Under the pieces are notes generated by a model, which was not told where the DNA came from, did not search any database, and saw only the letters and a list, made by a program, of their open reading frames with translations. Position numbers and translations under genes: made by a program. This document shows positions 55,553-64,000 of a DNA stretch of 64,000 bases, one piece after another. Source of the stretch: an uncultured cyanobacterium (GTDB taxonomy: Bacteria; Cyanobacteriota; Cyanobacteriia; Cyanobacteriales; Cyanobacteriaceae); NCBI GenBank assembly GCA_963749915.1, contig CAVVOP010000008.1, positions 96,001 to 160,000 of the forward strand, in the 5' to 3' direction. How positions within the stretch are numbered: the stretch's first letter is position 1; each line of letters begins with the position of its first letter.

Positions 55553-58504
55553 ATGAAAGTATTAATCGCCGATTTCGACTTATTTTTTAAAATAGGCGGG
55601 GGGCAAACTTTTTACCGTCAAATCATCGAAAAAAACTCCGCTATCGACTTTTATTATCTCATTGAACAGGAAAACATCAACAATCCACGCCCGAAAAATT
55701 CCCATGGTATCCCTTACAAGCCCATTTATCAAATCCATGATCTCAATAATTATATTAATGTAAACCCTCCCCGTTGGGCATATCGTTCTTTTACCTTAGC
55801 TAGTAATATTGCTAATTCCGTTGCTGGTTACTGCTTTGACGTGATTGATGCCCCAGACTATGAACAATATACTCTCTTTTTGCGTCCTGCCCTCGAATAT
55901 CATGGAGTGAAATGTGATAAAGTTGCCCTATCAATGCATGGTAAAATATCCACAACTTTACAACTAGATTGGTTTGGTTCAACAGAAGTTAACATTCCTT
56001 TAGATTTAGAAGAAAAAATGCAATTTAGAACTGCTGATATTCGCTACGGAATCAGTAAAAGTTATATTAAAGAATGGCAAAATTTGGTAAATTTAGAAGT
56101 TCAATATTTTAACCCTTTACATTTTATTGATTTACCCCAAGTTAAACCATTAAAAAACAATCAAGATAAACCAAATTTATATTTTATTGGTAGAACAGAA
56201 AAAAGAAAAGGTGCCGATATTTTTATTGATTTAGTTTGGTGGTTATCTCCCAATAATTTTCATCAAGCAACTATCATTGGACCTCATAGTTATAGTGAAT
56301 TTGGTGATTGTTCACAATTTATACTACAGTCAATGATTGATAAGCGATTAATTAATATCACGATTCAACCGTCAAAATCACGTGCAGAATTATATAAAAT
56401 TTTTACTCAACCGGCTATTACTTTTCTTCCTTCTCGTTATGATACTCTTAATTTATTAGCTCTTGAATCTTTATTTTCTGGTTGTCCTACAGCCATTGGT
56501 AGTGGTGCAGGAGTCTGTCAATTTTTAGAGGAGAATTTTCCTCAATTACCTTGGATTAAAATTGATATAAATCATACCTATGATTGTATTCCTAAATTAA
56601 CAGAAGTTTTAGAAAATTATCATAATTACCGAGGACGACTTAATGATAGTTTATTAACAATTAATACTGCTACCAATGATCCCGATTTAAGCAGTATTTA
56701 TCAACAAGAAAAAAACTATGATCAAGATACATCTGCAGAATTAAAAGAATGGTATTCACAGTTAATTAACTATTGGCGATCGAGATCTGAAAATAACAAT
56801 TATCTTAAAAGTATTCCCAATAAAATTATTAATAAAGCGATAAAACCACTCATTAAGAAAGCTAAAGGTAAATTAGTTAGATATGCAGAAGATACTCGCT
56901 CATCTCAACTGATAAAATCCCCTTTTATCGCCTCTCAATATCACAAAGTATTTACCCTCAGTGAACAAACAGAATTAGAAATAGAAAAAAAATTGCAACA
57001 GGTGTGGAATTTAGCAGAAACATTTGAGCCAGAAGCGAAAGGTATCAAGGGTAAAATACAAAGTGCTTTTCGTCTTGATAGAGTGAGGGTTTGGCGAGAA
57101 ATTGCCCGTTTAGAAAGAATGCGAAATAATGATTCCGTCGCCGCAACTTACCAATTAAGAAGCATGAGGGCCTTAGGTTACGATCGCTTTAATGAGTTGC
57201 CTTTTGTTATTAAAACCTTAGAAGAAAAGGGTTTTAAACCGGAAGCAAAGGTTGCTGAGGCGATGTTTAAAGACATCAATCAACAAACACAAAAAACGTT
57301 AAATATTCTCCATGAGACTTATCAAAACAACCTTAAATATCAACCCCAAGAATATAAATTTATAGACGAAGGAAGAGGAAAGGAAAATTATCAAGTATCG
57401 GTAATAGTTTCCTTATATAATGCTGCCTCTAAATTACCTTTATTTTTGAGAGTTTTAGCTGAACAAACTTTGGTCAAAATAGGACAAGTAGAAATAATAT
57501 TAGTTGATAGCGGTTCACCTGATCAAGAATATCAAGTATTTAAACAATTACAATCAGAATTGAATTTACCCATTGTCTATTTACGCTCTCAAAATCGAGA
57601 AACGATCCAAAATGCGTGGAATCGGGGAATTTTACTTTCTCGATCGCCTTATATCACTTTTTTAGGAGTCGACGAGACGATTTTGCCTGAATGTTTAGAA
57701 GTCCTCGCCGATGAATTAGACCAAAATCCGGACATTGACTGGGTGATAAGTCATAGTTTAGTGACCGATGTAGATTTACAAGGCAATCATGTTAATGATA
57801 TTATGCTTTATAATCGCAGTAATTATCACCAGAATTTGGTATATCTCGATACCTGCTACCTTTCCTTAGTGGGCGGATTATATCGCCGTAACATTCATCA
57901 ACGCTTTGGTTATTATGACTCTAGCTATCGTGGTGCCGGGGATACAGAATTTAAAAATCGAGTTTTACCCCACATCAAAACCAAAATGCTCAATCGAGTT
58001 TTAGGGCTATTTTGGAATTACCCCGATGCACGGACAACTCAAAGTCCGATGGCGGAAGTTGAAGATATTCGGGCTTGGTATCTTCATCGCACTGTGGGGG
58101 GGATTAAATATGCTTTTGGCAACAAAAATGCTGAAGAAATTGAACAATTTTTATATCATACCCTTGCTTATCGCAAATCCTATTGTCAGCATATTAGCAG
58201 TGATTTAGAATATGCCTATAATTTAAGTCAATTGTTAGCGCAAATAAAACCCTCATCGCCATTATTGCAGTTGAAGCCTACCATTGATCAATTATTTATA
58301 GCTTATCGTCAATTAGATTGGGTTGATGATTTGACTACTTTTTCCCCCAGTAAAATGTTGTGGAATACTCGTAAATTAGCCGAAAAAATTGAGGCTTTAC
58401 ACCGTCAAATTGCCCTTAATTTAGGTAATGATAATTTTAATCCTGATTATGATATTTTCCATGATAACCGTCACGAACAACACGCAAATTTATGGAAAAC
58501 CTAA
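55553..58504 (+). CDS. Bifunctional glycosyltransferase (GT4-like + GT2-like)
   Basis: N-terminal GGGQT, FIGRTEKRKG and PSRYD..LALESL; C-terminal VSVIVSLYN, ILVDSGS and WNRGI. Confidence 0.85.
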   Translation: MKVLIADFDLFFKIGGGQTFYRQIIEKNSAIDFYYLIEQENINNPRPKNSHGIPYKPIYQIHDLNNYINVNPPRWAYRSFTLASNIANSVAGYCFDVIDAPDYEQYTLFLRPALEYHGVKCDKVALSMHGKISTTLQLDWFGSTEVNIPLDLEEKMQFRTADIRYGISKSYIKEWQNLVNLEVQYFNPLHFIDLPQVKPLKNNQDKPNLYFIGRTEKRKGADIFIDLVWWLSPNNFHQATIIGPHSYSEFGDCSQFILQSMIDKRLINITIQPSKSRAELYKIFTQPAITFLPSRYDTLNLLALESLFSGCPTAIGSGAGVCQFLEENFPQLPWIKIDINHTYDCIPKLTEVLENYHNYRGRLNDSLLTINTATNDPDLSSIYQQEKNYDQDTSAELKEWYSQLINYWRSRSENNNYLKSIPNKIINKAIKPLIKKAKGKLVRYAEDTRSSQLIKSPFIASQYHKVFTLSEQTELEIEKKLQQVWNLAETFEPEAKGIKGKIQSAFRLDRVRVWREIARLERMRNNDSVAATYQLRSMRALGYDRFNELPFVIKTLEEKGFKPEAKVAEAMFKDINQQTQKTLNILHETYQNNLKYQPQEYKFIDEGRGKENYQVSVIVSLYNAASKLPLFLRVLAEQTLVKIGQVEIILVDSGSPDQEYQVFKQLQSELNLPIVYLRSQNRETIQNAWNRGILLSRSPYITFLGVDETILPECLEVLADELDQNPDIDWVISHSLVTDVDLQGNHVNDIMLYNRSNYHQNLVYLDTCYLSLVGGLYRRNIHQRFGYYDSSYRGAGDTEFKNRVLPHIKTKMLNRVLGLFWNYPDARTTQSPMAEVEDIRAWYLHRTVGGIKYAFGNKNAEEIEQFLYHTLAYRKSYCQHISSDLEYAYNLSQLLAQIKPSSPLLQLKPTIDQLFIAYRQLDWVDDLTTFSPSKMLWNTRKLAEKIEALHRQIALNLGNDNFNPDYDIFHDNRHEQHANLWKT

Positions 58505-58538
58505 GCAATTGACTCAAACCTCCTGCCTCCTGCCTTCT

Positions 58539-58943
58539 TTAAGATTCCTGGATTATCATGTTAATATGAGGTAAAGTAAGGTTATTTTCTAGTTGATTAT
58601 TAATTAATTTTTGGTAAAATTCTGCAACAGAATCGGGATTAATTTGTTGCAAAGTAGTTAATAATTTATAACTGTTTTCTATTAAATTACTAACATCAAT
58701 CTCAAAATAATCAGGCTCATATTCTCTTAATTTTCTCGTACCTTCTCCTAATAAAATAACTGCCCCTCGCCAATTATTATTACTTAGGTGATAACAACCT
58801 ACTGCTATTTGTAAAATTCCCTGATAAAATGTTTTGCTAGGTTCAACAGAATCCATCCAGATTTCTTCAAGGGTATCATGGCAAGCATAAAATTCTTGTT
58901 GGTTAAATTCCTCTATTCCTTTGTGGAAAAATTCATTAGTCAT
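58539..58943 (-). CDS. DUF309 family protein
   Basis: FNQQEFYACHDTLEEIW and YQGILQIAVGCYH. Confidence 0.9.
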   Translation of the reverse strand: MTNEFFHKGIEEFNQQEFYACHDTLEEIWMDSVEPSKTFYQGILQIAVGCYHLSNNNWRGAVILLGEGTRKLREYEPDYFEIDVSNLIENSYKLLTTLQQINPDSVAEFYQKLINNQLENNLTLPHINMIIQES

Positions 58944-59047
58944 GGTAAGTAAAATGAGTTCGGGGAATAATAAACAATGTTAGCTAGCTATTATCTTACT
59001 TCCTCTATCTATTTGTCCATCTTGTCCTCTAACTTATTTCCCTGAAA

Positions 59048-61669
59048 ATGATTAATCAATGGCAAAATTGGTTTAAATCTCAACATTTTGGACGAGGATC
59101 AACTTCCATCCGTTATGCTTTAATGGAAGCGTGTTTAATCGGTATTTTTTCGGCCTTAGCGGCACTTTTACTCAAGGAAGGTATTAATTTATTAGGAGGT
59201 TATCGTTTACAATTAGCCGATCGTTGGGGTGCGATCGCTGTTCTACCGTTATTTGGCCTAGTTTTAGGCTCAATGGCCGGTTTTTTAGTGGAAAATCTTT
59301 CCCCCAGTGCCGCAGGAGGAGGTATCCCCCAAGTAAAGGCCGCTTTAGCAAGATATAAAATACCTCTGTCTTTTCGAGTTGCGGTAGTCAAAATTATCGG
59401 CACAATTCTCGTTTTAGGTGCTGGTTTAACTTTAGGTCGTCGTGCCCCCACTGTCCATATCGGTGCCGCATTAGCAGGAGAATTAACCCGTTTTGTACCT
59501 ACGTCTCCCGAACATCGTCGGCAAATGATAGCCGCAGGTGCTGCCGCGGGATTAGCGGCAGGGTTTAATACTCCCATGGCTGGAGTTATGTTTGTTGTGG
59601 AAGAATTGATGCGAGATATTTCCAATTTAACCCTCGAAATAGCGATCGTAGCATCATTTACCGGGGCAGTAGTGTCATTAATATTACAATCTCCTAATCT
59701 ACAGTTACCTGACAGTATCATTTCCCTAGAGAATCTTTATTTTTCTCCTCAAGATATTCCTTTTTATCTACTTTTAGGCATCCTCGCCGGAATTTTAGGG
59801 GCAATTTTTAACCGTAGTTTCTTGTTTAGTATGCAATGGAATGAAAAACTCAAAATACCACTATATATAAGAATTGGAGTGGCAGGGTTAATTTCAGGAT
59901 TAGTAATCGCATTTCTACCGCCTTTTTTTCGAGATAACAGCGGTTTAAGAAATTTTGTAATTCGGGGTGAACTAACTTGGCAACAAACTGCCTTAGCATT
60001 TTTGGCCCATTATCTTTTAACTATTTTAGCCGCAGGATCCGGTGCACCGGGAGGATTATTCGCCCCTGCTTTAATTATGGGTTCGGCCTTGGGTTATTTG
60101 GTGGGGGACTTAGAAGGCTACATTTCAGGTACACAAAGCGTTTCCACCTTTGCATTAGCAGGCATGGGTGCCTTATTTACGGGAGTTATGCGAGTTCCCA
60201 TTACTGCAATCATGATTGTATTTGAGTTGAGTGCGAATTTTAACCTAGTATTACCTTTGATGATTACTTGTTCGGTGGCTTATATCAGTGCTGAAACCTT
60301 TGAAAATGGTTCTATATATCAACATCTTTTACGCAGTATGGGTGTGGAATTAGAAGAGGATAAAAATAATGCCCAAGATCATTTCCTAACTTATTTAACC
60401 GCCGCCGATGTGATGCAATCCCAAGTGGAAACTATCCCCCCAGATTTATCTATATCGGAATTATTAGAATTTATGACTAATTCCCATCATCGAGGTTTTC
60501 CCGTGGTCAAAGATGGGAGTTTGGTAGGCATTATTACTCAATCAGATTTGGTGAAGGCTGATACCTTTAACCACGAGGTTTCAGTGGATGAGATTATGGC
60601 GAGAAACCCTATTACCGTTAAAGCCAATGCTTCTTTAAGTGATGTTTTATACCTCCTTAACCGTTATCAATTATCTCGTTTACCAGTCTTACAAGATAGT
60701 CGTTTAGTTGGTATTATTACCCGCACTGATATTATTCGAGTAGAAGTAAATGAGTTGAAAGCGGATGTTTCTAATAAATCGCAACCTGCTTATACCATTT
60801 ATGAAACATTATCCCCAGCTATCGGCAAAGGGTGCATTTTAGTACCTATTGCTGAAGATGACGATTTTAGAGGTTTATTTAAAATTGCCGCAGCGATCGC
60901 TCGTTATTATCAATATGAAATTGAATTTGTACAGGTGATCAAAATACCGAAACATCAAGATCCCAGTACAGTGAATGTAGATAAAAGAACTTCTCGTCAC
61001 CTCATGCAAAATTTAGAAAGAATGGGGCGTAAAAACAAAATATCAGTACATACTAAAATAGTAGTAGGACACTATCGTAGTCAAATTATCCTTGATATTA
61101 TTAAAGCTCGACATATTAACTTATTGTTGATGGGATGGAAACAAAATGCTTATGGAGAGGATTTTATTTTTTCTCAACTAATTGATAGTTTAATTAATAA
61201 AGCACCCTGTGAGTTAATTTTAATTAAACTGGGAAAAAATCAGCAATTCTACCCTTATAACATACATCCCTCTGGTAGTTGTTTAATACCTACCGCGGGA
61301 GGTCCCAATGCAGAGGAAGGATTGAAATTATTACCGGCTTTTCTTGGTGTTTATAATAAGGGTGAATTACCCTCAGTGTTCTTAACAAAAGTCTATTCCC
61401 CAGAAACAAAAAACTTGAACAGTGATCAACTTTATTCAACTACTAAAAAGTTACAGAATTTACTAGATACTGAAGTCAAATACCTGACGGTCTGTTCAAC
61501 TTCTGTAGTGTCTGCCGTCATTCAATTAGCAGAAATACAAAAGTCAGAATTAGTTATTTTAGGTGCATCCCGTGATAGTTTATTGAAACAAGCATGGTAT
61601 GGTAATATACCAGAAGCGATCAGATCAAAACTAGATACAACGGTAATTATTATTCGTCTTCCTTCTTAG
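59048..61669 (+). CDS. ClC-family chloride channel/transporter with CBS pair and USP-like domains
   Basis: GGGIPQV, GAAAGLAAGFNTP and GGLFAP; CBS (GFPVV, GIIT); USP-like C-terminus. Confidence 0.93.
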   Translation: MINQWQNWFKSQHFGRGSTSIRYALMEACLIGIFSALAALLLKEGINLLGGYRLQLADRWGAIAVLPLFGLVLGSMAGFLVENLSPSAAGGGIPQVKAALARYKIPLSFRVAVVKIIGTILVLGAGLTLGRRAPTVHIGAALAGELTRFVPTSPEHRRQMIAAGAAAGLAAGFNTPMAGVMFVVEELMRDISNLTLEIAIVASFTGAVVSLILQSPNLQLPDSIISLENLYFSPQDIPFYLLLGILAGILGAIFNRSFLFSMQWNEKLKIPLYIRIGVAGLISGLVIAFLPPFFRDNSGLRNFVIRGELTWQQTALAFLAHYLLTILAAGSGAPGGLFAPALIMGSALGYLVGDLEGYISGTQSVSTFALAGMGALFTGVMRVPITAIMIVFELSANFNLVLPLMITCSVAYISAETFENGSIYQHLLRSMGVELEEDKNNAQDHFLTYLTAADVMQSQVETIPPDLSISELLEFMTNSHHRGFPVVKDGSLVGIITQSDLVKADTFNHEVSVDEIMARNPITVKANASLSDVLYLLNRYQLSRLPVLQDSRLVGIITRTDIIRVEVNELKADVSNKSQPAYTIYETLSPAIGKGCILVPIAEDDDFRGLFKIAAAIARYYQYEIEFVQVIKIPKHQDPSTVNVDKRTSRHLMQNLERMGRKNKISVHTKIVVGHYRSQIILDIIKARHINLLLMGWKQNAYGEDFIFSQLIDSLINKAPCELILIKLGKNQQFYPYNIHPSGSCLIPTAGGPNAEEGLKLLPAFLGVYNKGELPSVFLTKVYSPETKNLNSDQLYSTTKKLQNLLDTEVKYLTVCSTSVVSAVIQLAEIQKSELVILGASRDSLLKQAWYGNIPEAIRSKLDTTVIIIRLPS

Positions 61670-61813
61670 TTGATCGTTAAGCGCAAGGTCAAAAATAGGA
61701 AATTTATTCGCGAACCCAATTTACAAATAAGAGTTGATTGTCACTAAATGAGCGATCGCAGATTGGACGCTGAATCCCACACCAAGACTTTTCAAACAGT
61801 GTCTAAGGCCTGT

Positions 61814-62782
61814 TTAAGACATTTCTAGCATTTTTTGAATAGGTTTTAAGGCTTGAACTCGAATTGACTCTGGAATATTAATTTCCGGGGTACGGTTTTT
61901 CAACGCCAAATAAACTTTTTCCAGGGTATTTAATCTCATGTATGGACATTCGTTACAAGCACAGTTACCCTCAGGAGGGGCAGGAATAAATAATTTTTCA
62001 GGTGCTTTTTTTTCCATCTGATGAATTATACCTGGCTCGGTGGCGATAATAAACTCAGGGGAGGCACTTTCTAAGACGTATTTTAATAAAGCAGTAGTTG
62101 AACCGATATAGTCTGCATGGCGTAGAATAGGAGTTTCACATTCAGGATGGGCTAAAATTTCTGCATCTGGATGTTGTACTTTTAACTGGACAATTTTTTT
62201 CTCAGAAAAGGTTTCATGAACAATACAACTACCATCCCACAATACCATCTCTTTCCCCGTTTTCTCTATTACATAACGCCCCAAATTCCGATCGGGTGCG
62301 AAGATAATCGGCTGATTTTCGGGGATTTGCCGGACGATTTTAACGGCATTCGAGCTAGTGCAAATAATATCACTCAGAGCTTTTATTTCCGCACTACAGT
62401 TAATATAAGAGATGACGATATGATCGGGGTATTGAGCCTTAAAATCGGCAAATTTATCCGCCGGACAACTATCGGCTAAAGAACATCCAGCATTCAAATC
62501 TGGCAATAAAACCAACTTATTGGGGTTAAGGATTTTCGCTGTTTCTGCCATAAAATGAACTCCTGCAAACAAGATTACATCCGCAGTAGTAGAGGCGGCT
62601 TCTTGAGAAAGTCCTAGAGAATCACCGATATAATCTGCTATATCTTGAATATCTGCTTCTTGGTAATAATGGGCTAAAATCACCGCATTATGTTCTTTTT
62701 TTAGCTCGGCGATCGCACTAAATAAATTATGAGGAATATCACTTAACGGGGATTGATTGGGGGGAATAGTGGCAGTAAACAC
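61814..62782 (-). CDS. nadA: Quinolinate synthase
   Basis: ILAHYYQ, GVHFMAE, GCSLA, CIVHE, AHPEC and CPYM. Confidence 0.97.
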   Translation of the reverse strand: MFTATIPPNQSPLSDIPHNLFSAIAELKKEHNAVILAHYYQEADIQDIADYIGDSLGLSQEAASTTADVILFAGVHFMAETAKILNPNKLVLLPDLNAGCSLADSCPADKFADFKAQYPDHIVISYINCSAEIKALSDIICTSSNAVKIVRQIPENQPIIFAPDRNLGRYVIEKTGKEMVLWDGSCIVHETFSEKKIVQLKVQHPDAEILAHPECETPILRHADYIGSTTALLKYVLESASPEFIIATEPGIIHQMEKKAPEKLFIPAPPEGNCACNECPYMRLNTLEKVYLALKNRTPEINIPESIRVQALKPIQKMLEMS

Positions 62783-62916
62783 AATTAACAGTTATCCTTA
62801 AATAGTAATTTACAATTCCTATGTTAACCTAGTTATAGTATTTTTTACCATAAATAATTATGCTGCCCAATCTGGCCAATTGATTAGGCGAAGGCCATTC
62901 ACCCCCGGGTTATGAA

Positions 62917-63294
62917 TTAATCTTCATCGGGGAAACGAATAATATCATCATCCCCTAAATATTCCCCATTTTGAATTTCGATCATGACTAACGGTACAAC
63001 TCCGGGATTTTCCACCCGGTGACGGGTATTCATAGGCACATAAGTTGATTGCTTCGGTAATAATAATTTTCCTTCGCCATTAAAAACTACTTTTGCTGTA
63101 CCTGCTACCACAACCCAATGTTCACTGCGGTGATAGTGCATTTGAGCACTAATATGATGACCTGGTTTAACAGTGATCCTATTAATGCGGTAGTTATTAC
63201 CATTTTCCAATAGTGTAACAGTACCCCAAGGAGGAGTTCTTCTATATTCACTGTCTATTGATTCTTGATGTTCTAAATTAAGATTATCAGTCAT
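62917..63294 (-). CDS. Mannose-6-phosphate isomerase type II C-terminal cupin
   Basis: PWG, QMHYHRSEHWVVV and EIQNGEYLGDDDI. Confidence 0.88.
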   Translation of the reverse strand: MTDNLNLEHQESIDSEYRRTPPWGTVTLLENGNNYRINRITVKPGHHISAQMHYHRSEHWVVVAGTAKVVFNGEGKLLLPKQSTYVPMNTRHRVENPGVVPLVMIEIQNGEYLGDDDIIRFPDED

Positions 63295-63417
63295 AAATTG
63301 CCTTAACCAAATTAAGCTATTTTATTTATAACTCAAATCTTACATCAAGTCTAAAATATTGGCTGGTTGAGTTAGGGAACAGTGAACACAGAACAATGAA
63401 AGTTCGACAAAGCCCAA

Positions 63418-64000
63418 TCAAACATTAAAGCGGAATAACATCACATCACCTTCTCTGACAATATATTCTTTCCCCTCAGACCTAACTAAACCTTGCTCCT
63501 TAGCAGCACTCATACTACCGGTTTTCACTAAATCATCATAAGAAATAGTTTCTGCACGAATAAAACCCTTTTCAAAATCAGTGTGAATAACTCCTGCCGC
63601 TTGAGGTGCCTTCATTCCAGCGACAATTGTCCAGGCTCTGGTTTCCGTTTCCCCTGTGGTAAGATAAGTACGTAAACCTAACAATTCATAGGTAGCCTTA
63701 ATTAAAGACTGTAAACCCCCTTCTTTCACTCCCAAAGACTCTAAAAACTCGGCTTTTTCCTCCGGGGATAATTCTACTAACTCAGATTCTACCTGGGCTG
63801 AAACTATGACAACTTTAGCATTTTCTGAGGCGACTTGTTGCTTAACTTGCTCAACCCATTGGTTACCCGCCGCTAAATCTTCATCAGTAACATTAGCGGC
63901 ATAAATCACAGGTTTAGAAGTTAATAATCCTAAAGGTTTAAGTAAAACCTCTTCTTCTGGGGTTAACTCCAATAATCGTGCGGGTTTACCATCATTGAGA
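63418..64000 (-). CDS. ychF: Redox-regulated ATPase YchF, 3' part (runs off the window)
   Basis: LLTSKPVIYAAN, APQAAGVIHTDFEKGFIRAE and EGKEYIV. Confidence 0.96.
   Translation of the reverse strand, partial: LNDGKPARLLELTPEEEVLLKPLGLLTSKPVIYAANVTDEDLAAGNQWVEQVKQQVASENAKVVIVSAQVESELVELSPEEKAEFLESLGVKEGGLQSLIKATYELLGLRTYLTTGETETRAWTIVAGMKAPQAAGVIHTDFEKGFIRAETISYDDLVKTGSMSAAKEQGLVRSEGKEYIVREGDVMLFRFNV

Overview
AT-rich cyanobacterial chromosome segment (frequent HIP1 octamers GCGATCGC, heptamer tandem repeats; unicellular Chroococcales-like, by inference). Housekeeping genes (ftsH, ffh, cysK, gyrB, codA, aspC-like, pyrG, nadA, ychF) flank an accessory zone at about 24-53 kb. The most interesting part is a co-oriented minus-strand cluster: TPR-CHAT protease, COP23-domain protein, DUF928 protein, Cache-HAMP class III cyclase with degenerate catalytic residues, MscS-cNMP channel, orphan PstS-like lipoprotein and a CHASE2-PAS-PAS receptor lacking an output domain, with a divergent orphan TpsB (ShlB/FhaC). 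The DUF928 protein carries about 9 tandem 23-aa units, each with a single Arg in G[GS]GSR|G, and the same unit recurs in the tail of the adjacent COP23 protein. This suggests (inference) a polyprotein-derived peptide signal processed by the CHAT protease. Also present: an N-type ATPase operon cut off after atpDCQ; a GC-rich sulfatase island (porin, arylsulfatase, anaerobic maturase) collapsed by deletions and hit by a MITE; three TA loci (one dead); IS1182, IS200/IS605, IS1634, ISAzo13 and IS630 elements or remnants; several MITEs; and a small ORF missed by the ORF track. No rRNA, tRNA or CRISPR array was seen. Family names come from motif recognition, not from database searches.
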